Assembly (NCBI RefSeq): GCF_009914755.1
Contig: NC_060939.1
From: the human T2T-CHM13v2.0 reference genome, Homo sapiens
Length of the DNA: 64,000 nt
Direction: 5' to 3' (one strand)
In this document: piece by piece, positions 27,838 to 44,000 of the stretch
Layout of the letters: every line of letters starts with the position of its first letter
Numbering within the stretch: the stretch's first letter is position 1
Notes under the pieces: generated by a model
Seen by the model: only the letters and a program-made list of their open reading frames with translations
What the model was told of the DNA's origin: nothing
Databases searched by the model: none
Program-made: the position numbers and the translations under genes

Positions 27838-28278
27838 GTAGCAGCCATGGGGTGCCCTGCTCAGAGCTCCCTTCCTGAGGCAATCTTGGGTGAGGGGTGC
27901 AATCAGCTGACATTCTTTGGCTGCAGCACCTTTAGGACTTGCTGGAGTGTTTGAGCCAAGGCTGTAGTCTCCTCAGCAGTGGCCAGACAGTGATGGAGCC
28001 CACTGCAGTACTAGGCCTGGCCACTTCTGTCCCTTAGGGACACTGTGGGCAGCCTTTGTGCTGAAGCTCCACTGGGGAAGGCTAACTTCCCAGAGCTGCA
28101 CGGCAAGGCCTTCTTTATGCCTTTTCTTGCACAGACAGCAGACCCACCTCATAGTCTGCAGCTTTCTCTGCCTAGTCCTGTTCCTTCTCCTTTTTATCTT
28201 TCACACGCATTTACCTCCAGAATAGTTTGCACTTCTGTGTCTCACCAGCTGCTTCCCAAAGTACCCAAACTGACTCAT
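27838..28278 (+). mobile_element. ERVL LTR16-family (LTR16B-like) solo LTR
   Basis: TGTAGCAGCCATGG...GCTCAGAGCTCCCTTC...CCCAAACTGACTCA. Confidence 0.65.
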
Positions 28279-29414
28279 TTCTCAGCCAAGCAATGCCAGA
28301 GGAGCCTCGCTGCTCTTAGGTTTATTCCACTCAACCAGTACGTCAGCTCCCAACCATGCAGTACACAAATATTCCTGTGCCTCTTCATGGGGACCCTCCA
28401 GCTCTCTGGGGTCAGCAATATGGGCAGCCTCCCTTGGAGCAGACGGTGCAGAGGCCTGGAAGTTCTCAAGGGGCACAATTGGAGTCTTCCTCTGGGCTGC
28501 TGGGAGAGGCAGGGCTTCTGTGCATGAGTCCCTCGTGTTTACCCTGTGTCCTGGAAAATGCTAGCCTCCGCCTCTTCCTTTGAGAGCTTGGGGGAACTTA
28601 CTGCCTCGCTGGCCTTGGTCGTTGAATTACTCCAAAGAGGAAGAGGGCCTTGGAGATGTGCATGCAAGCTGACATATTCCCAGAATTCCCTAGTAGTGAT
28701 ACAGGAAGAAAGCAAGGGGTGGAGGGGTGTCCAGGTACAGGCCAATGAGGAGGGAGAATGGTAGGGGTCACCCAGCATAGATGTGTCCCACTCTCATTTC
28801 AGCATTGCCTCCTGGCCAGATCTCTAGTTGCCCTGAATTCCTCTTAACAGTACGGCATAGATGTTGGCCTAACGAGATGAATCTGACTAATTACTTTCAT
28901 TTTGTGGGTGTACACACACTACCAAACTGTCACAAGAAAATCAAAACTACACAGGATTTTCAGACTGGTATCCACTCTCCCAGAAGTTCTGAATCTTTCA
29001 AGTCAGTTTCTGTCACTAAGTCTTGTCAGATAATGTGGGAGAAAAAAAGTGACAGGGAATTTAAAAAATCAAAGAAGCAGTAGCCCAATAATAGCATTAT
29101 GTTCTTCCTACTCAGTATCGATCATATGTCATTAACTGTTGGATTGCTTTCCACCTTTTCACTTCAAAATTATTCCAGGAAGAAATGAATATTTTTCAGC
29201 AGGTGACCAAGATCATCAAATGTGCTTCTGAACTCTTCTAATGAAAGACAATTACTTTATGTTGCCTTAGGCTCTTTCCAGCCAACAGAATGTCAATGTC
29301 AGATTCTCCAATTAAAAGGGACATTTTTGAAAAAGACTGATGAAAACTTAAAAGAATAAAGTTGGTTTAACAACCATGCCAGCAATCAGAACTTCCTATG
29401 GGCTAGCATGATAG

Positions 29415-29550
29415 CTACTGCTGTGTAGTAAAAAACACACAAAGTCTGGAGGCCTGGGTTCAAGTCCCAAATCTGCCCCGTAAGTTGTACTACTTGGGCA
29501 AATCGTCTACCCTACTGGGCCTCAGTTCCCTCATGTTTCAGATGATGGAT
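29415..29550 (+). mobile_element. MIR SINE
   Basis: CCTGGGTTCAAGTCCC...TTGGGCAAATC...GGGCCTCAGTTCCCTCAT. Confidence 0.75.
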
Positions 29551-29613
29551 TTCCAAAATGTTTAGCAGTGAACTTCTTTTCCAACAAATTTTGCCCTATT
29601 AAAAGAGGGTAGA

Positions 29614-30754
<1,141 letters not shown>

Positions 30755-30990
30755 GCCCAAATGCCCAGTTAAAATCCTCCACTGTCTGTAGAGTCCCACA
30801 GAGCACAACCCAAAGCCCCCTGAACTAAATGATGGCTAAGTGCCCCACTGCCTCTTCTAGCCCATGAGAGCTGGTGTTTATACACGACCCTGGGCCCTAA
30901 AACTTCTGAGCGCTCATCAAAAGAACATTCCCGCATGTGACATTTGAAGGTGAAGTGTGTGCATGTATTCCATGCCTTTAAAAATTACTA

Positions 30991-31335
<345 letters not shown>

Positions 31336-31933
31336 TTACCTGCTACACTCTTAATGGTAGAATTTGATTGACTGAATGTGTAATGCCCTAATCCTGAATT
31401 TTTTTAAAAAGGAAACTACCTCTTTGGGTCTGTTTTAAAAATAGATAGATGACAGAGAGACAAACGGAGAGGGGTATTTAGATTACATTTGTAATCTAAT
31501 GGACCAGTGTCAGCAGCTTCTTTTTCATGCTTACCCAAAAAAAAAAAAAAAAAAAAAATCTCTTAGGAGAAGATGCAAGACAGAGAAAAGAAACAAGAAA
31601 GGTTGAGGGTGGGACAGAAGTGGAAAAAATCCCATTCTGCCATCTATTTTATCCATGTTCTATCCACATGGATGTACATTCAGATAAATATTTCCATATT
31701 TACATTCAGGTCAGCACCAAGACAGGATATAAAACTGTAAAGGGGGATAAACGTTGCTGACCTTAAAACGTGATGAGAGACTACAAGAAAGAGACTGCTT
31801 CCAATGATGATACCTCAACGTTAAGAGTCCAAGGCATACACAGTGACACTAAATTTGAGCCATTGGATACCATCACAGAGATGCTGTCATTGTTGCCACA
31901 TACCCTTTCTGGAAGAGGTCAATAGGTTCTCCT

Positions 31934-32250
31934 GGACAGGCATGTTGGCTTATGCCTATCATCCCAGCACTTTGGGAGGCTGAGATGGGAGGATTGCTTG
32001 AGGCCAGGAGTTCAGGACCAGCTTGGACAACATATCAAGACCCCTGTTGCTAGAAGAAAAAAAATTTTAATGGTCTGGCATGGTTGCACACACCTGTATT
32101 TCTAGCTAATCGGGAGGCTGAGGCAGGAGGATGGATTAAGCCCAGGAGTTTGAGATTGCAGTGAGCTAGGATTGTGCAACTGCATTAGGCAACAGAGTGA
32201 GTCTGGCCAATAGAGCAAGACCTTGTCTCTATTAAAAAAAAAATGAAGAA
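31934..32250 (+). mobile_element. AluJ
   Basis: GGGAGGATTGCTTGAGGCCAGG, highly diverged; TSD AGGTTCTCCT. Confidence 0.9.
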
Positions 32251-32379
32251 AGAAGGTTCTCCTATGAAATTATGAAATGGAGCCTTGGGTCTTGGGTGCC
32301 ACACATCCTTGGCTAAGACAGAAAGAGTCACCAAGGGAGCAAATAGAAAGCACAGTTGCTGCCCTGTCTTCAGGTCTCT

Positions 32380-32545
32380 GTGTGTTGCACTCTTCGCATT
32401 CATTGTTTCATTTAATCCCACAGCAGAAGCACTATTTATCCTCATTTATGATCAGGAAGGAAACTAAAGCATAGATGGTTTAGCAAATTTCCCATGTTGC
32501 ATGACCAGAAGGACTCTCCAGTTTCTAGAACCTTGGGTTGTCAAC
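32380..32545 (-). mobile_element. MIR SINE
   Basis: TTTCATTTAATCCCACAGCA...GGAAACTAAAGCATAGA. Confidence 0.6.
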
Positions 32546-35500
32546 ACAGGAGAAGCTGTCCTCACCTTTCCCATAGGAAGCAGGACACCCTCCCTGTAGT
32601 CTCTATATTCCTCAAGTCCATGCCTTGGATCCTTTCTCAGACCTAGAGCTGCTGTCCTCAGGGTGCCCACTCTCCTCTCTAGAGATGGTTGAGAAGCAAC
32701 AGGGCATGAGGACCTGAAGGAACCCACTCAGTCACTTCCTTCCCGGGAGACGCTGGGGAATTGTTCTCACCCCTTCCAAGACTCGCTGTCCTCCAACGCA
32801 GGGTGGGGGTAAATATTGCACACCTTTTGGTGTGATATGTGCATGCAATGGGTTAGCAAACTAAGGGCACGAAAAATAGAGGCTTGTGAACAACAGCAAA
32901 GACAACAACCATGCATGATTTTTATTTAGTTGGTGCGGATCTTCACCCAAGTAAAAGATCTGCAATTCTACAGGTCCTACACAGAGGTAGGACCTCTCCA
33001 AGAAACAGGAGGCCTGCAAAATTCTCTGTGCTCGTTTTCAGTTCCAAAATTTCAGTTCCTGCAGGTGTGCACTGACACCCTGCCTATGAGTAGCATCATC
33101 AGTGGAAACAACAGTTCCTCCTATTTAGTCAGTTGCCAAATTAAAAGGTGTCAACTGAGACACTTTTTTGGAGCTTTCTGAACCTAGCTTTGTATTGGCA
33201 TCCTGTCTAGTATCTTCCCTGTGAAACATAATAAAAATCCCATTGGCATATATTTTAAAATTCAAATGAGTTCGAATCTTATTTTAACCATTAGGAGAAA
33301 TTATTTGCAGCTCCTTAGAGATGCCCTGTAGTGTAAAGCTAGAATAGAAAAAAAAAAAAAAAAACATAATTCTAAACTGTTCTCCTCTATCTCATCTTTC
33401 TCAAGAGAGTGTGTGTATGTGTGTGCATTTGTCAGCCTATGGAGCAGGACGTTGTCAGTGCAGAGAGGTAGAAAGACAAAAAAGAAATTAAACTTTTCCA
33501 TTGGGGAAATGTTTATTGGACACATACTTTTAGCCAAGGCTGGGGAATAGTAGACACTGGTGTATGTCTCTGCTGACTCACAGTCTGGCAACAGAAGTGG
33601 ACCAGAAAGCTAATAAAGACAAATAGTGTGGCACATACTAAGACCCAGGGAAGCCCTTGGGCCTGTTGAAAGCCGAAGGAACCACACTTACATCCAAGAA
33701 TGGAGATAGGAAGCTGTTTCCTATCCTTTCTCAGCGGTGGTGGAGCACAGTTTTGTATTTGGCAAGCTTATTCCTGCTTTGGGTATGAGGTCAGTCTAAT
33801 TACTTGAGAGCTCTTTCCAAACCTTTAATTTTTCCACAGACTTCCTCAAAAAACTAGACCAGAGAGATAATCTTTCTTCTTGCTCATAAGGCATTTCTCA
33901 CACAGGGCAGTCTCCAACACATCCTTACTGTCATGTGTATTGGTTGTGGGTAATCCAGATGGTGTGTAACTAACGTGATGTGCCACTATCCCCTGGCTAA
34001 CTCACAAAAGCTTTGACCAACTGACTAGCAAGTTGAGCCTTCTCTGGTGCTGCTCTGGGTCCACGTGCAGCATGAAATGCAGCCCCAGTGTGCCTGGCTC
34101 CAGGGCGGACAACACTGGGATGTCCTTGGAAGAACAGCTTGACCTTGAACCAGAGACAGGAGTTTGGAGGCTTTGCACAAAGATTTCTGTGCTGAAGCAC
34201 TGGCTTTTTCACCACCTACATCCTGTGAACTCAGCTGTGTGTCCTGGTCAGTAGTTAGCATGCCTCTCAGTGTATCCCGATTGGTGACTGCCTTTCTCAG
34301 CGACATGTCCCACGGCCCCTAAAGTAAATGCGCATTCTATGACACCTGCCTTTTTGTTAAGCCACTTCAAATACACCCTTTAATTCAAATGAAAATCTCT
34401 TCAGCCACTTTGTCTTGATAGTGTAACAACACTAAGATAGAAATTTAATTGTATTTATATAAGAGACATTATGATTTTTCTTTATTTTTAAAAAACCTTA
34501 AATGTGAACTATAACATACCGTATCAGGCAGGTGTCATTTGGCATTGTCAGGTAAAAGCAAACATCTGCTGACTGTGCTTGCAAATGGGTCTAGTGAGAA
34601 GGTATTTATCTGGTCGATAGCTGCGTTCCAATATTAGGGGTCATGTTGATTTGCTCCATAATAAAATTCCACACCTGGAATAGCAGCAGCAATTGAACTC
34701 ACCACTTGATTAAGCAGAAAACAGCCCATCTTCATTCCCCAGGATCCATCCACAGCCCCAACAGGTGAGTTAATAGGATCACAGCATGTGGTGAGTATCA
34801 CCCACATCTATCCATATTCGATGGTGGAACTTACATCCATTCAGAGTCAGGACTGTGGTTAAGCTTTTGGTTTACTATCCTGATAGGGAAGGATGTTCCA
34901 GGGACTTCCCATCAGAAAGAACTAAACAATTCTGCCCATTGCCAAGTATGTACATTATAAATTTTATATTCTGGAAATGGAGAGATAACCACAGCATGAG
35001 TCCACAGACCTACAGGGACCACCATGATTTGAGCTTGGCTTAATTCTCCATTTATTACCTAAGTGCTATAAGCCCTCACTTTGATGCACAGATCCCAGTG
35101 GTATTTTGGATCCCCAGAAATTAACATCAATTCATAGTCAGAATATCCTGAAGGGTCTCAATATTTCCTTTTCCTCTGTGTAGCATCACTCTTGTAAGTG
35201 ACTCCGTGTTCCTCTGGGTATAGCTTGGAAGAAGATTCATGATCTGCACTTGTGACAGTGCAGCCGCCCTCGAGAGGATTCAATCAAGGGGCTTCCAATC
35301 TGAGAACTGGTTAGGCCCGGGATTGGGGTGAGGCTGTGACTGTTCCCTGTGGCACCTCTGGCTACCCAGACCTGGTGGAGTTTCTGCCATCAAATAGATA
35401 AAGCAACACTTATTAGGCTGCCCATCTACTTCATTCTTAAGGACACCATAATAGCCAGTCAGCCATTGCCAAAGATCCCTGTGGCCAGCAGCAGTCTGCT

Positions 35501-35772
35501 GGCCCCTCATTCCCACTGCCCATTCTGCATGGCACACCTATCTGTAGTGTTAAGTGCTGCCACTCAATCTCTGCTACTTGGGGATCCCATCATCCCCACC
35601 GCAGTCAGAATCCAAATGAGTGGCAGCATCGTCCATGATGGTACAATGGCCTCCTCACCACTGCGCTTCTCAGATTCTTAACAAAGGGAAGACACTCTGG
35701 GTCCTCTCGAGGGATGTAATTGAGAGGTAGCGGGGTTGGGAGGTAAAGGTTTCATGTAAAAAATCCATTTCA

Positions 35773-36106
<334 letters not shown>

Positions 36107-37193
36107 TCAACATTCCCGTCTCCCTAAACCTTTGGATCCCTTCCCCTCCATTATGGCAAGAAGTTCTGGCATCTCATCTTCGTTAAGGGTGGATCCTCAC
36201 TGGGCCCAAGCTTCAGTCATCCAAACCAAATAAACCATTAGACCTAATTCCAGCCACACATTAAATACAAGGTCTCTGGTAAGTGCAACCACATACAGGA
36301 ATTTGGTCCTACCCAGTGTAAACATCCTGTCTTCTTTGTCTAACACCCTCATAACACATTACTACTCATATCCCTCAAGTTTCTAGTAACATAAATTGGT
36401 CAGATCTCACAATTCTTTTGAAACGTAAGCCATTTCCTCCGGTGTCCTGCTTTGTACTTGTTCTTTAGACCTTGTTGAGCAACAAAAGGTGGCTGCTTTG
36501 GTCTTGAAAGGATTGGCCCACCTTTCAAGGGAACTTCCCTCCATGACATTATTACAATTTCTTCCAGCAATAAAAGCCTGGTCTCCTCAGACACCAATGG
36601 CAAGCTGTTTCCACCGGTAAGGAAGGAGGATCAAAGGGACTCAGGCCTCCAAAATTATCAGCTTCATCTGAATGCCCCCAAATATCTCCATTATCAGTTC
36701 TTAAGGTCCCACTCCTTCCCAAAGAACCCTCTAAATTTCATGTAGAGGCTTGCCATAGCTTTGAATTCACTTTAGGTTGCAATTCTTCATCTTGCACAAT
36801 TAAGTATTTTGTCTAGTTTTCAGCAAGGTCGGCCCTGGAGCTATAAAGAAAAAAGAAAGATTCAGAGGGTTCTCTCTGATTGTTTGGTGGAGACTTGAAC
36901 TGAGAGTTTAATGGCCTGAGTGTGTCCTTTTCCTTTCTCTATGTGCTCCAGTGCACTGAGGAAGAACCACTTGCCCTCCAGTCCTGGTGGTCATCATGAC
37001 CCCTTCACAGTCAAGCATGGCAGCCACCTGCTCCTCAGGCATTTGCTTCAGGAAGCATTTCGTTCACATGCCACTGCAGGTGACACACTAATTGCTCATG
37101 ATGCCACTGCCTGCCATGACAAGGAGCTCAGCACTGTATTCAAATCCAAAGATCAAATCTTGCCCCAAATCCCATCTTTGAGGACCTGGGGGT

Positions 37194-37207
37194 CACTCCT
37201 GGAACCA
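37194..37207 (-). promoter_or_regulatory. Retroviral primer-binding site, tRNA-Leu type
   Basis: Minus strand TGGTTCCAGGAGTG, 13/14 to TGGTACCAGGAGTG, a few bases from the LTR end. Confidence 0.7.
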
Positions 37208-37212
37208 TTTTC

Positions 37213-38280
37213 TGTACTACAAGCGTTCAGTCAAGAGACCAGTTATTTTAATAGAAAAAAATATAATATGAAGAAGTGTTAACTAAATTATTGAGAATGA
37301 AAAAGATAACGGTAGACATGGATTTCCCACAGAGGTAATACCTAGAGCATCTCCCAAAGGAGACTCCTCAGCAGTTCCTCCAATGCTTGGTAGTAAAATG
37401 CAAACGACAACAACAACAGTAAGAGGGCCCAGTGCCATTTATAACCTTAGGTAATAATAAGTTGCAAGTGTTTTCTATAGAAATTAGCTGCCTGAAGGAA
37501 GCAGCTACTACCCCCAGAGCCGCAGGGATAAAGGAAGGAGGGTGGGAATATTAAAGTTTAGAAGCTTGAAGGAAAGATCCTGCAGAGATGGAACTGAGAC
37601 CTTTGAGAAAAGGCTCCACTGGGAATGGGTGCCTTGCTGGCTGGTGCTGAGCCCTCTGAGAAGATACATCAAGGCTGTTTCAAGTAGCATAAGAAGCTGG
37701 ACCTGGTGTGGTGGCTCATGCCTGTAATCCCAGCACTTTGGGAGGCCAAGGTGTGTGGATTACCTGAGCTCAGGAGTTCAAGACCAGACTGGCCAACATG
37801 GTGAAACCCCATCTCTACTAAAAATACAAAAATAGCTGGGCATAGTGGCAGGCGCCTGTAATCCCAGCTACTCAGGAGGCTAAGGCAGGAGAATTGCATG
37901 AAACCGGGAAGCGGAGCTTGCAGTGAACCCAGATTGCGCCATAGCACTCCAGCCTGGGTGACAAGAGCGAAACTCCACCTCAAAAAAAAAAAAAAGCTAC
38001 AAATTGGACTCACCAGCTGCTACTGGAATTGACTGGACCTGCTAGGGTGAAGGAGTGTGGCTGCAGAGACATTGACAAGAACAGAAAGCCAAGAGAAATA
38101 ACGAATCCCATCTCCCTCCTCTAGCCTACCAGCCTCTCTCCAGAGGCCCCTACTGTCAGTGCGTTACAGAGCCATGTGGCAAAGGAGAATGTGTTTTCCA
38201 GAGTCCCAGCCCCAGCATCAAGAAAGGTATATAAAAATGTGGGTTTAAAGCTAAACGTCAAGAGGTTAATAACCAGCAGA
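37213..38280 (-). mobile_element. 5' LTR of the ERV-L element (old ERVL LTR family), split by Alu
   Basis: Begins TGTACTACAAGCGTTCAGTCAAGAGACCAGTTATTT next to the PBS; far boundary approximate. Confidence 0.6.
37699..37995 (+). mobile_element. AluS (Sq-like)
   Basis: Full dimer; GACAAGAGCGAAACTCC; flanks AAGAAGCT / AAAAAGCT. Confidence 0.94.
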
Positions 38281-38511
38281 CCCACACAGAGAGAAAGGCA
38301 TCAGGTCTCAATGTATACAAGTTAGGTACTGCCAGCTCCAGGAAGCTCCTACACACTCTTCCCATGTGCAGCCCTCACCCAACCCCATGAAGGCAATCAT
38401 CATCCTGACTTTCAATGTACCACCTCTGTGCCTTTCTTTATACTTTTACCACCTAGGTATGCATCCCTAAGCACTATCATTTATTTTTACTAGTTTTTAA
38501 ACCTACAATGT

Positions 38512-38650
38512 GGTCCAGATGCAGTGGCTCATACCTTCAATTCCAGTGCTCTGGAAGACCAAGGTGGGAATATCTCTTGAAGCCACGAGAGACCAGCCTG
38601 GGCAGCATAGTGACACCCGTCTCTACAAAATAAAAATTAAAAAAGTAAAA
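38512..38650 (+). mobile_element. FLAM/AluJ left monomer
   Basis: Single monomer ending GACACCCGTCTCTACAAAATAAAAA. Confidence 0.8.
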
Positions 38651-38653
38651 AGG

Positions 38654-38950
<297 letters not shown>

Positions 38951-39152
38951 TTAAAAACTCTTCTATATATATTCTTCTGTGCCTAGGAGCTTTTATTCAA
39001 CATATAATTGTGTGTAGCTGTAGCTTATCCATTTTCACTGCTTTATAGTATTCCATGTATGAATATATCATCATTTATTATCCATTATAGTTGAAGGACA
39101 TCTTCCAAACAACTGTTGCTTTTAAGGTGCAGTTATCTGAGATAACTCAGAT

Positions 39153-39624
39153 AGTTATTCTTAAACTTTCTGTTTTCAGGATCCCTTTACATATTTAAAG
39201 TTTATTGAGGATCCCAAAGCAATTGTATTATTTTGGTTTTATCTATCAAAATTTACTTTATTAGAAATGAAAACTGAGAAATTTTAAAATATGTAATAGT
39301 TCCTTTTAAAATAACAATAAAAACCCATTACATGTTAATATAAATATTGTATTAGAACAACTATAAAAGAGAAAATTTTAATGAGAAGAGAGGCTTTGGT
39401 TTAAATTTTTCAAATCTCTTTTAACATCTGGCATCACAGAAGACAGCTGTACTATTGGGTCTGCTTCTGCATCCAATCTGTTGCAATATTTTGTTGGGTT
39501 GAATTAGGCAAAGAAAATCCAGGTTCACACAGACATGTCATTGGAAATGGGAGGATCTTGCAGACCGTCTGAAAGAAACTTCGGGATCCCTGGGGGTCCT
39601 TAGGCCATCCTTTACAAACTGCTG
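39153..39624. mobile_element. Charlie1-family hAT non-autonomous element
   Basis: CAGGATCCCTTTACA...ATTGAGGATCCCAAAG...GAAGACAGCTG...CTGCTTCTGCATCCAATCTGTTGC...ACAAACTGCTG. Confidence 0.75.
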
Positions 39625-41036
39625 ACTTGGACGAAGTTCTAGAAAATCAAATGCAATTCCTAAATAAGTTTCCATGGAGGAAGGCCAAGTGGGTTTCTAC
39701 AGTTCTTGTGTTTAAAATGCTATGATTAATGTGTCTCTTCTCCCTTTGCAAGCCTCTTACCTTATCCTCTGCAAAAAGAAAACTAATAGTAAACTCATAC
39801 AAATCAATTGGTCGGGGGGGGTGGGAATAAGGTGCATCATCCCCCCAACCCTGTTGACCAGTGGATCCCAGTTTAAACTCAACTGAGTGCATTTTGCACA
39901 ATTTCAACAGGAATCATGCAATACTTTTGTAATAAGAAAATAAAAGTTCTTTTCTAGAGAAGAAATAAATGGAGGAAGAGGAGAGGTAGAACATCCAGAA
40001 GTTTTTCCCACTTTTCTGACTTGACAAGGGGAACCCCAGAGACCAAGATGGTGAGTGGAGAGGAAAGAGCTGGATGAGGAAAGAATGATGGAGCAGCCAA
40101 GACACCCAGAGTTCTGCTCATGGGCAAGACACACATATGACACGTGTCAGAATGTGACTTCCTGTTCCAAAAGGGAGAGAAAAGTATTTTTCTGAGTTCA
40201 TATTTCTTCATCCATGGGACTGAAATGCAAACCTCAAGAGTCCAGGAGAGAAAAACAACCGTGCAAGTAGAATACCTCAAGACCCTTCCACTGAGACCGT
40301 GGTTGTGCCTCTCCTTTATGCAATTCTCCGTGCCTCCACGTTCCTGCTTGAGTGAGTAGAGTAATAATCCTCCAGCTCCCAAAGCTGTCCACTAACTCAG
40401 ATAAAGAAACCATCTGCAAAGTAGAACTGCACCAGAGCACAAAAGGTGGGTCCTCACTAATGAACAGGAGCCTGGTTTGACAGCCTGGGCTGCCCGCCAA
40501 ACTCATTTGTTTCCAGATTTTCCATTTGCCAGCTGAAGTTGTTGAGAATTAATAGCCCCCAAAATATTTCCTTGGATACATGATGCAAGAGCTGCCAACT
40601 CTGGCCACTTCCAATGATGTTAGAAAAAGCAAAGTTAAAATGTAATGAAACAGAAGAGCCAAGGTACCATAAAGCACACTCCAAATAGAAGCCATTCCGA
40701 AAGGAACATTCTGTTAATTTGCTGCATTCACCGAGAGGAACACGTCTTCTAAATTCGTATTCCGATCTCAAGTGTCAGCAAGCTACCGCTGAGAGCAGGA
40801 GAAGGGAAGTCTTTGTCTACTACCATAGTTAATAAATAAGCATTCAATTGTATGGGACTGTTCAATTTAAATAATCCCCATAGTGTATACTAACTTTTCT
40901 TGGGAGAGATTTAGAAAGTAAATTTTAACTGAAACAGAGAATAAAAGGTAAAGTAAAATGGAAGGAGAATCCTGGAATCCTCATAAAATGTTAATTTTTT
41001 AATAAACCTAAGAACTCTTTTTAAAATAAACTGATT

Positions 41037-44000
41037 GGCTTCCAGTTTTGGGCCTGGCATGTAAGGAGTTAACAAGTGAAAAGCCAAACAAACTGAAAAA
41101 TCAACAGTTCTTGCTAGATATGTCGGAGAACTGGGGTCACAGGGCAAACCAATGCACCAAAAATCAGAGAAATGAACAGGCAGAGGCAGAAAATCACAAC
41201 TTTCTGGATGCAAAACCCACGAGCAGGAAACTCCATGAAGACCAGTGTTGAGGTAGGAAACCTGAACTATAATTGATGGAGGCTCAGCATGGACAAGTTT
41301 GAGAGTCAAAAACTCCAGAGGGGACCCAGTCATAGGGGAATCCCCATGCTTTCGTGAGTTTTACCTCCAAGAGCTCCAACAAGTCCTTACAGTAAATATC
41401 AGAGAAAATCCCCTTGTGCTTCCAAAAGGGGAAGGAAGAGAAAGAACCATTTTGAAATATGCCAGAGCATTCTGGTCTTTTTAACAAGGCCTGCTCTGAG
41501 GAGAAACACTTTTACCAGAGCCTAACCTGCTGGCATATTATCAAAGCCTAACTTACCTGGAGGAAGGAAGTTACCCAACCCCAGATTCCTCTACCCATCC
41601 TGTCCCACCTAAGTGGGAAACAAAAAAAAACTGAAATGCACTGGTGAAGTTCACAGTCCAGGGCACAGGCTCACCGAAAGTCTGAGACCTAATCACAGGA
41701 CAATGGAATGCTTCTCCCACCCCACACCTTACCACCACACAGCTAAAGGTCTATTTAACAGAGTTCCTTTCTACCAGTACATCATTTCCAGATTTCAACA
41801 AAAAATTTACAAGATATACGAAGAGGCAAACAACACAGTTTGAAGAGACTGAACAAGCACCAAAAGTAGACTCAGCTATGGCAGGGATGTTGGAATTATC
41901 AGACCAGGAACTTTCTTAAAACTTAATACCCTAAGGCCTTAATGGAAAAAGTAGACAACATGCAAGAACAGATGGATAATGTAAGAAAAGAAGTTGAGAT
42001 TCTAAGAGAGATCAAAAAGAAATGCTAGAGATCACTTTAACATGAATAACAAATGCTTTTGACAGACTCAATACCATACTTTATACAGCTGAAGAAAGAG
42101 TATCTAAGCATAAGTATATAATGATAGAAACTTCCAAAACGGAAAAGCAAAGAGAAAACATATACCGGAAAAAAATCAGAGCAAAGTAATCAAGAGCTAT
42201 AGGACAGCTATGAAAGGTATAACATACATGGGAATATCAGGAGGAGAAGAAAGAGATAAAGGAATAGAAATAATATTTGAAGTAATGATAACTGAGATTT
42301 CCTGAATTAAAGTGAGACACTGAACGACAGATCTAAGAACCTAAGAGAATACTAAGCTGAATAAATGCAAAAAAAGAAAAAAACTACATATAAGCATATT
42401 ATATTCAAATTGCAGAAAATCAAAGATAAAGAAAAAATGTTGAAAGAATCCAGAGAAGAAAAAAAAACCTTAAAGAAAAAGCAAAGCAAAGATAAGAATT
42501 ACATCTGACTTCTCTTCAGAAACCACGCAAGCAAAAAGAGAGTGGAGTGTAATATTTAGTGTTGAGAGATAAAAAAAAAAAAAAACCAACCTAAAATTCT
42601 GTAACCTGTGAACTTATCCTTCAAAAGTGAAAAAGAAATAAAGATTTTCTCAGACAAACAAAAATTAATGGAACTTGTTACCAGTAGACCTACCTTGCAA
42701 GAAATATTAAAAGAAGTTCTGAGAGAAGGAAAATCATATAGATCAGAAACCCATATCTACATAAAGAATGGAAGCACATCGGAGAATAAATAAGTGAAAG
42801 TAAAATTAAAATGTTTTATTTTTCTTATCCTTAATTGATCAAACAGATAACACTTTGTTCAAAATAATAACAATCATATATTCAATTGTGTATGTATATA
42901 TATGTATATATGCTTATGTATAATTCAAATAAGTGATAGTAATGATACAAGGGATGGAAGAGAGGAATTCAAACTATTTTGTTATTACAAGGTTACCAGG
43001 TATTTGCATTACCTATGAAGTAGTACAGTGTTGTTTGAAAGTGGACTTGAATTAGTTGTAAAATATATTTAAAATTCTATGGAAACCACTAAAAGAGGGG
43101 AAGAAAGCATAACTGATATCTAAGAAAGGAGAAAATCATATAAAATCCTCAATTAAACCATAAAAAGCAGAAAACACAATCTGCCAACACTCAAACAAGA
43201 AGAAACAATCTGGATAGGCCTATATCTATTACTATCACTGAATCGGTAATTAATAACCTTCCAAAATAGAAAGCACCAGGTCCAGATGGGTTCACTGGTG
43301 AATTCTACCAAACATTTAGGGAAGAAATTATACCAATTCTCAATATTCTCTCCCAGAAGATAGGAAGAGAGGGAATACTTCCTAAATCATCATGAGGCTG
43401 CCATTACCCCAATACCAACCAAAGACATTAAAAGAAAAGATACAAGAATTCTCAAGAAAATATTTTCAAATTGAATCCAACAAAATATATAAAGAACTAT
43501 GCACCACAACCAAGTAGGATTTATCCCACGTATGTGAGGGATAAATCAATTAATGTAATAAATTACATCAACAGAATAAAGAAGGAAAATCAAATAATCA
43601 TGTAAACAGATGCAAAAAAAAAAAGCATTTGACAAAATCCAACACCTATCTAAGATTTTTTAAAAATCTCTCAGCAAACTAGAAATAAAGGGGAGCTTCT
43701 TCAACTTAATGAACAACATCTACCAAAAAAAGAAGAAACAAACTACAGCTAACATAATTCTTAAGGTGAGAAACTTGAAGTTTTCCCACGGAGGTTATGA
43801 ATGAGGTAGGGATGTGCTCCTTCACCACTGCCTTTTAACAATATACTGGAAGTCTTAGACAATGCAATAAGACAAGAAAATGGGCTGGGGAGAAGCTATA
43901 CAGATTGGGAAGAAATAAATAAAACTTAAAGCTGTCTTTGTTTGCAGATGACATGATCATCTATGTAGGAAATCTGAAAGAACTGACAAAAAAATCCTCT

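Noticed and set aside
28045-28527. 160-aa ORF (+)
   Set aside because: First half lies in an LTR16-like LTR; no coding signature
35280-35537. ERV-L gag ORF as an Fv1-like co-opted gene
   Set aside because: Only 85 codons open; the rest of gag has stops, frameshifts and an Alu insertion
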